Assembly: GCA_965208125.1 (NCBI GenBank)
Contig: OZ242320.1
Span: 4,992,001-5,056,000 of the forward strand
Length of the DNA: 64,000 nt
Reading direction: 5' to 3'
From: Candidatus Latescibacterota bacterium
Lineage (GTDB): Bacteria; Latescibacterota; UBA2968
In this document: in pieces, positions 55,651 through 64,000 of the stretch
Layout: every line of letters starts with the position of its first letter
Numbering within the stretch: position 1 is the first letter of the stretch
Program-made: the position numbers and the translations under genes
The notes under the pieces: model-generated
Databases searched by the model: none
Told to the model about the DNA's origin: nothing
Seen by the model: only the letters and a program-made list of their open reading frames with translations

Positions 55651-55694
55651 AAAAAAAATGAGGCGATTCCAATAGGAAATCGCCTCATTTTTTT
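55651..55694. terminator. Bidirectional terminator
   Basis: AAAAAAAATGAGGCGATT...AATCGCCTCATTTTTTT. Confidence 0.9.
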
Positions 55695-55709
55695 AAGCTT
55701 CAATCAACT

Positions 55710-56606
55710 CTATCCCGTACGCGCTTGAATATTCGACATATCTTCAATAACCGTGAGCAAACCCGAGTGGTCAAGTTCGCCGCGGCCTTTGACCATTGCG
55801 GTCTTGAAAAGTTCAAAAACCTCGCTGGTAACGGGCAAGGGCACGTCGAAATCATTACTCGTTTTCTGGATGATATTGAGGTCTTTGTAGTGCAGGCGAA
55901 TGCGAAAGCCGGGATCAAAATCGCCATTGACCATGCGCTCCCCCCTGTTTTCAAGTACACCGCAGCGCGCAAGTCCCCCACTGAGCACTTGAACGATTTT
56001 GATTGGATCAACGCCCGCTTTAGTCCCCATTGTGAGGGCTTCTGATACGCCAGCAATGGTGACAGCAACGAGAATTTGATTGCACGCTTTCACGGTTTGC
56101 CCCGCGCCGAGAGGTCCACACAAAATCGCACTTTGGCCCATAACGTCAAAGAGCGGTTTGACCGTGTTGAAAGTATCTGCATCGCCGCCAACCATAATGG
56201 AAAGAGTGGCGTTTTGAGCGCCGATGTCGCCGCCACTGACGGGTGCATCGAGGCTTTGAACGCCTTTTTCTGAGAGCACCTCCCCCACCTGTGTGGTGAC
56301 ACTGGGTGCAATCGTGCTCATATCGACGAAAATCAGACCTTCGTGCGCACCTTCAATAATCCCGCCTTCGCCCAAAGCGACACTCTTAACATCGGGCGAA
56401 TCGGGCAACATAGTGATAACAATATCGCTTTGTTCCGCCACCTCTTTGCCAGAGTGCGCTTCTACTGCTCCTTTGCCGACGAGTTCATCAACCGCATCTC
56501 GATTGCGGTTGTGTACGACGAGTTCATATCCGGCATCTATTAAATGACCGGCCATCGGCTTGCCCATAATCCCGAGACCGATAAACCCAATTTTTGGCTT
56601 CGACAT
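55710..56606 (-). CDS. garR: 2-hydroxy-3-oxopropionate (tartronate semialdehyde) reductase / beta-hydroxyacid dehydrogenase
   Basis: 'IGFIGLGIMGKPMA', 'LDAPVSGG..GA', 'GQTVKACNQI', 'F.PGFRI.LH.KDL'. Confidence 0.85.
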   Translation of the reverse strand: MSKPKIGFIGLGIMGKPMAGHLIDAGYELVVHNRNRDAVDELVGKGAVEAHSGKEVAEQSDIVITMLPDSPDVKSVALGEGGIIEGAHEGLIFVDMSTIAPSVTTQVGEVLSEKGVQSLDAPVSGGDIGAQNATLSIMVGGDADTFNTVKPLFDVMGQSAILCGPLGAGQTVKACNQILVAVTIAGVSEALTMGTKAGVDPIKIVQVLSGGLARCGVLENRGERMVNGDFDPGFRIRLHYKDLNIIQKTSNDFDVPLPVTSEVFELFKTAMVKGRGELDHSGLLTVIEDMSNIQARTG

Positions 56607-56681
56607 GTGTTAAATCCCTTTCAATAGATAGTTTCTCTTTTTCTGCGGTCAGCGATAAATATAATCGCTTTTAAAGATTTT

Positions 56682-57605
56682 CTACAATTTCTTCAACTCT
56701 GCAAGCGAGGGAAAGGCGTGGCGTTCCCACACCCGCACGATCACCCCATCCACGATATAAGCCAGCCGCGGGTACCCATGCCCGTGGGTCAAACGCTTGA
56801 AATCAGCGAGAGAAATTGTAGCGATGGTAAAACGCGGTCGGAACTGCATTTTGAATTGCGCGGTCACGGGATGATCTTTGGGATACTGGCTCAAAGCAAT
56901 TAACCTGGGCACCTCTGGATCGGCAGCCCAGACATTGAGCTTGGGCACGGCGACCTGGCAATAGTGACAACTTGGACTGAACAACTCAATCAGATAGGCT
57001 CCCCGCGTCAAATCGATGTTCGTATCTAGCAGGGATAACCCTTTCAGATAATCACCCACCTGCAAGTCTGAATCAACCATCCGATCGCGCTCGGGCATAT
57101 ATCGAAAACCCAGTACGGTTAGAGAAACCAATCCCCCGACCAGGACCACCCATCGTCCCCAGACCCATAGCGCAACAGATCGTCGCCGCAGACCCCACCA
57201 AGAAAAGACCAGCAACCCCAGCATGAGAAAATTTTCCACCATCGCTTCACTCGGCGATCGATCGACCAGAGTGCCAAAACACCCGCAACTCTCCCCCATT
57301 CCCCGATGTAAGGCATGGGCGGTAATCGCAAGAAAAAAAACCATCATCACCACACCTATAGGCAAAACGAGACGCGGCTTCCAATCGACCAGAAGCGCGA
57401 AACCCACCATACATTCCAGCGGACCGAGCAACAGAGCCAATTTGGCGACCATTTCCACTGTCTCGCGCCCGACAAAAATTTGGGCAGGCATCATAGCCTC
57501 CCAAAAAAAGAGCACGGGATCCCATATCTTAGCCAGGCCAGCCACCAGAAAAACCACACCCATAATCCGCTGGCTTATCCACAAGCTCTTTTCTAATCTA
57601 TTCAT
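56682..57605 (-). CDS. MauE/DoxX-like membrane protein fused to a thioredoxin-like domain
   Basis: 'RI..G.VF..AG..K..DP', 'CGCFG', C-terminal 'FSPSCHYC' CxxC and 'YPRL'. Confidence 0.8.
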   Translation of the reverse strand: MNRLEKSLWISQRIMGVVFLVAGLAKIWDPVLFFWEAMMPAQIFVGRETVEMVAKLALLLGPLECMVGFALLVDWKPRLVLPIGVVMMVFFLAITAHALHRGMGESCGCFGTLVDRSPSEAMVENFLMLGLLVFSWWGLRRRSVALWVWGRWVVLVGGLVSLTVLGFRYMPERDRMVDSDLQVGDYLKGLSLLDTNIDLTRGAYLIELFSPSCHYCQVAVPKLNVWAADPEVPRLIALSQYPKDHPVTAQFKMQFRPRFTIATISLADFKRLTHGHGYPRLAYIVDGVIVRVWERHAFPSLAELKKL

Positions 57606-57619
57606 AGCTGTATCCTCTT

Positions 57620-58450
57620 TTAGCTCACAAACAACGGTTGATCGGATCTCGGTACAATACCCGCTTCTTCTGCTCGATCAAAAAGATCGACCAGCGCAGT
57701 CTCGCCATCTGCGCCATAATCCAACGTGTATTCATTGACGTAGAGATCGATGTGTTGCTGCATCACGGATTCGTCCATCTCCTGCGCATGCTCGCGGATA
57801 TAATTTTTAACTTCATCGGGATTTGAATGTGCATATTCCACACTGGCACAAAGAGATACATCAATCTGTTGAATTATTTCTACGCCGAGATCGCGTCGGG
57901 CGAGAATACCCCCAAGCGGAATGGGATGTCCCGTAGATGCCTCCCACCATTCGCCCAGATCAATGACTTTGTGCAAACCATAATCGGGATAGGTAAATCG
58001 CGATTCGTGGATGATCACGCCCGCATCGACATCGCCTTTTTGCGTGGCCCCCATAATCTCGTGAAAAGGCATCGCCACGAGGTTGTCAAGCGCGGGATTA
58101 AAGAGGCGCAACAAGAGCGCGGCCGTAGTGAGTTTGCCGGGAATGGCGATGCGTTTGTCCAACAGATCGCGCGGATCAAGGGCGTCAGCCGCGACAACGA
58201 GCGGGCCACACCCGCGTCCCAATGCCCCCCCCGAATGCAGCAGACAATACCGGTCACGCATAAATGCGAGCGCGTGGAATGATATTTTGGTCATATCCAA
58301 TTTACCTGCCATAGCCATGCGATTCAGGGTCTCGATATCCTCGAGAATCTCGCGGCATTGGGGTGCGCCATCTATTTTTCCATGAACCAGACCGTAAAAA
58401 ATATATGTGTCATTAGGACAGGGGGAATAACCGAGAGAAATACGGGACAT
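57620..58450 (-). CDS. mqnD: 1,4-dihydroxy-6-naphthoate synthase
   Basis: 'LGYSPCPNDT', 'DIETLN', 'GALGRGCGP', 'IIHESRFTY', 'PIPLGG', 'HI.LYVN'. Confidence 0.95.
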   Translation of the reverse strand: MSRISLGYSPCPNDTYIFYGLVHGKIDGAPQCREILEDIETLNRMAMAGKLDMTKISFHALAFMRDRYCLLHSGGALGRGCGPLVVAADALDPRDLLDKRIAIPGKLTTAALLLRLFNPALDNLVAMPFHEIMGATQKGDVDAGVIIHESRFTYPDYGLHKVIDLGEWWEASTGHPIPLGGILARRDLGVEIIQQIDVSLCASVEYAHSNPDEVKNYIREHAQEMDESVMQQHIDLYVNEYTLDYGADGETALVDLFDRAEEAGIVPRSDQPLFVS

Positions 58451-58463
58451 GGTGAACCTCGTG

Positions 58464-59183
58464 TCATAGAGCCTCAATGAATTTTCGCGCTGCAATTTGC
58501 ACCCTCTGGGCAGCGCGTGGAATATCCCAGGAGTCTTTATTGCGGTCTTCCACGCGATTGCTGATAGCGCGCAATTCGAGAAATGGAACCTCATAGAGCT
58601 TACAGATATGCGCCGCAGCCGCGCCCTCCATATTTTCACATATCGCATTGAACCGCGCTGCCAGTTCATTGCCAATATCCTCGCGTCCTGTACATTGTTG
58701 CACCGTAACAAAAGGACCTTGCACAACGCATTCGCCCAATTGCTCGAGTATGTGTTGCGCTCTGGCGACAAGCGCGGGATCGAGAGAATACGTATTGTAA
58801 TAATCGCGATCTGTTGACAGGACGGGAATGCCAATCTCATCAGCAGGAGACCAGCCAGCAGGTGTGATAATGCCTAAATCTCCATAATTTTCTTCAGTCG
58901 CAAGTGCAAGACCGCCTTTATCCAGGCCACTACCGAGATAAGCACCACCAATGCCGATTTGCAGAACGAGTTCGGGATCGATTTCTTGCAGTGCAACAGT
59001 CAGCGCCTGCGCTGTATTGACTGCTCCAATACCCGTTTCAAGCAGGACAACGGGTCTGATGCCAATCATACTGTGAACCCAGGCGCGATGCCCCCTGCGC
59101 TGTGTTGTCATCTGTTGAAGGCTATCGCGCAAACGCTGTTGCTCATAGGCTGTAGCTGTCAGGATGAGCAGAGTATCGGGCAT
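58464..59183 (-). CDS. mqnB: Futalosine hydrolase
   Basis: PNP/UDP fold: 'TGIG.VN.A', 'GIGGAY', 'E..GDLG', 'ENMEGAA.A', 'ELRAISN.V..R....W'; adjacent to mqnD. Confidence 0.9.
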   Translation of the reverse strand: MPDTLLILTATAYEQQRLRDSLQQMTTQRRGHRAWVHSMIGIRPVVLLETGIGAVNTAQALTVALQEIDPELVLQIGIGGAYLGSGLDKGGLALATEENYGDLGIITPAGWSPADEIGIPVLSTDRDYYNTYSLDPALVARAQHILEQLGECVVQGPFVTVQQCTGREDIGNELAARFNAICENMEGAAAAHICKLYEVPFLELRAISNRVEDRNKDSWDIPRAAQRVQIAARKFIEAL

Positions 59184-59193
59184 GGTCGAGCAC

Positions 59194-60213
59194 CTAAAAA
59201 GAAAAGGGCATCTTCAGAGGCACGGTTCGCTGTGCGGGTTCGTACCATCCCTGAGGAGCGAAATGATCTGAATGCAAATAGCATTTTACATCTACTTTGT
59301 CGCACCCTTCTGTAAAGGTCAAAATCCGACTCATCGGCACGTTCTTTTGCCCGTGAAACTTTGAAATCGCAGCGACGTTGATAAATGTCGCGCCCCACTT
59401 CTGTTCCACATGCGAGCGCCCGCTGGTCGTATCTTCGGGATTTGTGTGCGTGTGCCCGCCCAGCCATATATCACAAACACTGGGATTATCTGCCAGAACG
59501 CCTTCAAATTGTCCGCTATCTGGTTTTCCACCCACCCAGTAGAGATACGACGCCCCAATAGGCGCGCCATCGTCAAAACGACCGTGATAGCCTTCATCCA
59601 CCCCCACCCAATCGAGTGAAGCAACCGTCGTCTCTTTTAACATATGGTGATGTGCAGAAATGATAATTTTATCCCGATTGGAAAGCACCATATCGCGCCA
59701 CCATTCAAATGTCTCCTGCGTGACTGCGCCTGCGGGATAACCGCCCCTTTTCCCCCGTCCTACAGGCGGCCCACCGTCATTGCGATCACCCATACACAGG
59801 AACAGGATATTGCCCACCTCAAAAGAATACCGATCCCACTGTCCTGTTACGGGATATGGTCGTTGGGCTGCATAAACACCCGAATATCCGGAGTTCACAC
59901 CCATCGGGTCCACCCACTTTTGAAACCACCACTGAGTCTCCTCATCAGGACCACTCGCATCGTGATTGCCCACGATATTGTAAAAATGCGACCGCGGATG
60001 CTTGGTCGATACACTGTATTGCCGAACCACCTCCTCGCCTTCATCATCGTCGGGCGGTTCCTGCGCACCGGATAGATCGCCAATATCGAGCATTATATCC
60101 CATTCAAAATCCCGCTCTGCTTGCAAAATGGCTGTTTCCAAACTCTTTCGCCCATGCCGCAAATCCGTTCCCACATGTGCATCCCCACCGGCCCAGAGTG
60201 TAAATGCGTTCAT
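59194..60213 (-). CDS. Calcineurin-like metallophosphoesterase
   Basis: D-x-H (GDAH), GD, GNHD, HH and GHTH motifs. ATGA overlap with the upstream gene. Confidence 0.85.
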   Translation of the reverse strand: MNAFTLWAGGDAHVGTDLRHGRKSLETAILQAERDFEWDIMLDIGDLSGAQEPPDDDEGEEVVRQYSVSTKHPRSHFYNIVGNHDASGPDEETQWWFQKWVDPMGVNSGYSGVYAAQRPYPVTGQWDRYSFEVGNILFLCMGDRNDGGPPVGRGKRGGYPAGAVTQETFEWWRDMVLSNRDKIIISAHHHMLKETTVASLDWVGVDEGYHGRFDDGAPIGASYLYWVGGKPDSGQFEGVLADNPSVCDIWLGGHTHTNPEDTTSGRSHVEQKWGATFINVAAISKFHGQKNVPMSRILTFTEGCDKVDVKCYLHSDHFAPQGWYEPAQRTVPLKMPFSF

Positions 60214-61085
60214 TGCGACCCCCGCCAACCGATATCAATACTCGTGTACCTATCAGTATATCGCTTCAAATGGTCCGGTATATTTTTCAAAAACCACTGG
60301 CCCGATTCCGGTATCTCCCACGGAATATCAATCCTGTGATTGCGATCTCTAAACCCAATTGCGCACGAAAGGCGTGTCTCGTCCAACCGATTGGGAAATG
60401 CGCCGTGGTACGTGCGGTGGGCAAATACAATCATATCTCCCCCATTTGTGAACAGAGGCACCAACCCCGGAATATCAAACCCCGCGTAGCGATGTTCTTC
60501 CTCACCTTCGGGATAAAACGAGCGTCGATCTGCCGTCAACTTAAATCCTTCGGGGCCTTCCCAGCCCTCCACATGAGAATCTTCGATCACGCACAGACCG
60601 CCGTGAACCGGGCGCGACCCCGTCAGATAAAACCACTTGCCCGACGGCCAGAGTCCGCGGTTCAACACATCTCCCGAGTTCAAAACTTTATTGGAAAAAC
60701 CGCACCAATCCGTATGCCACCCCACGGGCTGAGACCCCGACATGCGGATAATCGCCGCGGAACGATGGACGGTCATATCATCTGTCCCAATCAAATGTCG
60801 GTGAATATCCATGAATGGCTCGTATTCCAAAAGCTTCCATGCACCTGGTCCAGATTCGATCCACGCATGTCGCGTACGACTCTGTCCACCCTTTAACGTC
60901 CCGTCTGGATCTGTGCCGTCATATACTGCCTGTTTGAGCTTTTCGACAATCTCATCCGGCAACACATCTTTAACAATCGCAAATCCGTGCGCCTCCAGGC
61001 ATTCGGACATTGCATCGAGTTCATCTGTAGCAAACTCATAGCGATAGCCCAAGTCAGGCTTTTTAATATGTGAGTAGTCTGCCAT
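60210..61085 (-). CDS. Phytanoyl-CoA dioxygenase (PhyH)-like Fe(II)/2-oxoglutarate dioxygenase
   Basis: 'GF.IV..VL', 'WHTD' (HxD), 'GGL.VI..SH', 'GD...F....YH.A..N.....R'. Confidence 0.88.
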   Translation of the reverse strand: MADYSHIKKPDLGYRYEFATDELDAMSECLEAHGFAIVKDVLPDEIVEKLKQAVYDGTDPDGTLKGGQSRTRHAWIESGPGAWKLLEYEPFMDIHRHLIGTDDMTVHRSAAIIRMSGSQPVGWHTDWCGFSNKVLNSGDVLNRGLWPSGKWFYLTGSRPVHGGLCVIEDSHVEGWEGPEGFKLTADRRSFYPEGEEEHRYAGFDIPGLVPLFTNGGDMIVFAHRTYHGAFPNRLDETRLSCAIGFRDRNHRIDIPWEIPESGQWFLKNIPDHLKRYTDRYTSIDIGWRGSQ

Positions 61086-61132
61086 TTTTTCCTCCATTGA
61101 TCGTATAAGCACCTTCCTACTCTGTGCGCTCC

Positions 61133-62146
61133 TTATCCAGGTGGATCAGAAGACAGGGCATTACCATCTGTCACCTGGCACCCGGCCAACAACACTTCTT
61201 GCACGGTCAAATCGTGTGCCTGAGAATAATCCGGTTCTTTCGCGCCATTCATACACGCCCTCAACTCCCTCAACAGTGTTGGAAAACTATCGGGAGGTTC
61301 AATCTCCAATTCCTGCCAGCCGCTCTGATACCCTTCTGCTTCCTCTTCTAAACACAAACTCAGATTATTGGAGCCAATGGGCGCGTGAAGCGCTGTTCCC
61401 AACGTCCCGTGTACCTCAATCCGCCGCGCCATACCCACCTGCATCGCGGCCATGTCAATCGTGCCAAGACCGCGTTCAAAATCGTGTACCACAACCGCAT
61501 TGTCAACGACAGTTCGTTTGCCATAATGTTTTCTGAGAATGGGATGTACATCTGTTGGACATCCCATCAGAGCTACCATAATATCTACGAGATGACCCGC
61601 CATCTCAAAATAAATACCCCCGTGATAAATGCCATTCTCTTCTTCCAGCTCTGTGCGCCAACTGTGGGGCTTTGGGATATGCCCGCGGTAAGCGTAAATA
61701 TCACCCAACACACCCAGCTTTGCCAATCGAATAATCTCGTGAACAGCCGGATTATAACGCCACATATAGGCCAAATTGAGGACCAATTGTTTGTCCGATG
61801 CCAATTTTTGGATGCGCTTAAACTGGTCCAGATTGACACCCGCGGGCTTTTCCAGCAAGACATGCTTGCCTGCGGTGAGTGCTTGTTCGGCATAATCTAA
61901 ATTCTGATAGACATGCCCTTCGACAATAACGGCATCGACCTCACTGTTTAACACCGCGTCAACCGAATCAAAAACGGGAATATCCAGCCCCTCTTCCGCA
62001 CTCTTTTCCCGCCTGATCGCAATCACTTCTGGATCGGGATCGTATAGGCCAATGAACTCAACCTCATCGGGCGATCGCGCAGCTTCGCGCAAGTGCATAC
62101 CCGTATGGCTGTGCCAACAACCCAAGAAAGCAACTTTTAATGCCAT
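61133..62146 (-). CDS. Gfo/Idh/MocA family oxidoreductase
   Basis: Rossmann-fold N-terminus, 'AL.AGKHVLLEKP', 'R..PA', 'GG...E...H.VD'. Confidence 0.92.
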   Translation of the reverse strand: MALKVAFLGCWHSHTGMHLREAARSPDEVEFIGLYDPDPEVIAIRREKSAEEGLDIPVFDSVDAVLNSEVDAVIVEGHVYQNLDYAEQALTAGKHVLLEKPAGVNLDQFKRIQKLASDKQLVLNLAYMWRYNPAVHEIIRLAKLGVLGDIYAYRGHIPKPHSWRTELEEENGIYHGGIYFEMAGHLVDIMVALMGCPTDVHPILRKHYGKRTVVDNAVVVHDFERGLGTIDMAAMQVGMARRIEVHGTLGTALHAPIGSNNLSLCLEEEAEGYQSGWQELEIEPPDSFPTLLRELRACMNGAKEPDYSQAHDLTVQEVLLAGCQVTDGNALSSDPPG

Positions 62147-62160
62147 AGAAAACCCCTTTG

Positions 62161-64000
62161 CTATTTCATTTCAAAATCTCCTGGTCCAACCGCACGGTGT
62201 TCCCCCCCCCCATCTCGAATGGTCACAAACGCCGATGTCCGAATCTGCAACTGCACTGTGCCCTCAATTTCCCGAAGCGGAAAAAAGCAATGCGCCATTC
62301 CCGTATTTGTAATGCGAAAACCGGGATCGTCTTTGAGAATGATCTCCCTACCCACCACGCGTTGAACGCGCAACCCGCGCGTTGTACCATCGCCAAATGT
62401 CACCACAGCAACAGCGCCATCTATATCACCCATTTCAGGCACACCATTCACGACCAATGCCTGGTACGGCGCACCATCCTCTATTCGCAATACATCTGTA
62501 ACCTGCCCCGTATAGATACCGCCACCTGTTAATTGCGCTGTTTTCCATTGCACCTTCTCCCCGCCCCATAAACCCAGAACTCGCGCCTCACCATCCTGTT
62601 CACGCACAAAACCAACTTCGCCTTGAAATGAAAGATCGCCCATGCGAAAAACTTCTGTCCCTGGTTGCAGGACAATATGATCCGTACCCTCCCGATGGCG
62701 CACTTTCAGGTACACGCCACGCTCGCCAATATCTACCACCTCAACAGAATCGATAAACGCCTTATCCCGAAATGGTTCGTGAACAGCCATGAATCGACTC
62801 GGTGATTGACCTTTTTCTCGAACCATCAACATGGGCATGCGAAAGCGATCAATCAGTGTTTCATCTTCATCTGCACGCCGCACAGAGGGCGCGTCCCCCA
62901 CAAAAAGTTTGCTGTCCTTCAATCCTACAAGATGAATACGCACGGCAACATCATCACCGTGAAAGGTGACACGCCCATCCTCTGCATGATCGCTATGTAA
63001 CACATTCTGAAAAAATGCAAGCGCGACATTCCGCCCCTCTGCATCCCCCTGGTCGCGCTCGTGTTCTGGGAATCGTACCTTCACACCCGGTAACAAATTT
63101 TCACCATAGTGCTGCAAAGGCACATTGGCCTCTGTCCGCATATCGCCATCCGCGCTTCCGTGCATTACCCAATCGCGCTGATCGCCGCCCCGAACGCGAA
63201 ACAGATCGATTACATAGTGATCCTCTCCTCCCGCATTTACAAGCATGACCAGACGCCGATATTCTTCGGCAAGCTCGGGATACACACCTTCCCCACTCGC
63301 TTCTACCCATTGTACCGGGTCATAAGCGGCTTCAAACGCCAGCAAAGAGCCATCTATAATACCTTTTCGGTTGGAGCGTTCCTGTTCTTCTTCATCGATC
63401 AACACAGTGTTGTGGCACAAGGTGCTGACCGTCCAACTTCGGTATTGGGTATGGGTATAGCCCACATCGGAGAGCAGTTCCTGTCCCCTGGCAAAAAGCA
63501 TCAGATTCAAATTATCCGCATGGGCATGTCCATAAGCCCCCGAAAAGTGCAGATGCACCTGCACCTGATGTTCGCCTTTTCCCCTCCCCAACCAGGCATG
63601 CCCAACGCCCGACAGCAGTGTCGAATGCGATTGTTCAAGCGGTTTGACATTGGGATCAACCCGCCGACTATCCCGATATGCCCAGGCATCGTGCATGGGA
63701 ATCCATCGCCCATCGGGATACCTGCAAATATCCAGAAGCCGACTTGCCTTTTTTACAATGGCAATATCGCGCTCCAAATCGAGATTGTCATATCCCACGC
63801 CATCATCCGATACATAACCCAATGGGTCGGAATACCCTTTCAGCGCATCAAATACCACTTGCATACCCGCCATTGTCATTCGGTGATACCCCAAACTGCC
63901 CTCGTGCCAGAATCCATCCGCATAAAACTGGCTCTCAAACAGACCAATACTGCGACGAACCGCTTCATGTACCAGTTTGGGATCGCCCAAAACGCGGCCA
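62161..64000 (-). CDS. Heparinase II/III-like protein (5' end outside the window)
   Basis: 'DG.WHEGS.GYH', 'GH.H.D.L.L.L...G...L.D.GY', 'T..HNTV.ID'; the frame stays open to the window edge. Confidence 0.82.
   Translation of the reverse strand, partial: GRVLGDPKLVHEAVRRSIGLFESQFYADGFWHEGSLGYHRMTMAGMQVVFDALKGYSDPLGYVSDDGVGYDNLDLERDIAIVKKASRLLDICRYPDGRWIPMHDAWAYRDSRRVDPNVKPLEQSHSTLLSGVGHAWLGRGKGEHQVQVHLHFSGAYGHAHADNLNLMLFARGQELLSDVGYTHTQYRSWTVSTLCHNTVLIDEEEQERSNRKGIIDGSLLAFEAAYDPVQWVEASGEGVYPELAEEYRRLVMLVNAGGEDHYVIDLFRVRGGDQRDWVMHGSADGDMRTEANVPLQHYGENLLPGVKVRFPEHERDQGDAEGRNVALAFFQNVLHSDHAEDGRVTFHGDDVAVRIHLVGLKDSKLFVGDAPSVRRADEDETLIDRFRMPMLMVREKGQSPSRFMAVHEPFRDKAFIDSVEVVDIGERGVYLKVRHREGTDHIVLQPGTEVFRMGDLSFQGEVGFVREQDGEARVLGLWGGEKVQWKTAQLTGGGIYTGQVTDVLRIEDGAPYQALVVNGVPEMGDIDGAVAVVTFGDGTTRGLRVQRVVGREIILKDDPGFRITNTGMAHCFFPLREIEGTVQLQIRTSAFVTIRDGGGEHRAVGPGDFEMK

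Overview
Bacterial chromosomal segment of about 50% GC. The gene mix (GWxTD protein, heparinase II/III-like proteins, sulfatase, PhyH, futalosine pathway, BamD) suggests a diderm of the FCB/Latescibacterota type; this is inference. (1) 1-11.6 kb: an unusual export operon with an M1-peptidase-like/golvesin-CBD protein, an MFP, an RND permease, an RND permease fused to an ABC ATPase, and an ABC-2 permease. (2) A dif site at 12999-13026 coincides with an apparent GC-skew and KOPS polarity switch, so this is probably the replication terminus; an HTH/coiled-coil gene and an AT-rich spacer lie beside it. (3) 14-42 kb: housekeeping genes (gcvT, leuS, asnS, pnp-rpsO-ribF-truB-rbfA-DUF503-infB-nusA-rimP, MerR/ZapT-like, der, DUF512, GT2, zapA, nadD, bamD, rbsK, purB, rmlC, purL). 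(4) 42-64 kb: accessory and catabolic genes, plus a self-contained nitroreductase-dsrM-dsrK-cysteine desulfurase-dsrC operon with no dsrAB. A (AACCACT)4 repeat at the dsrM/dsrK junction would fuse the two genes if one unit were lost. No rRNA, tRNA, CRISPR array or transposase was recognised. All calls come from reading motifs by eye; no database searches were run.
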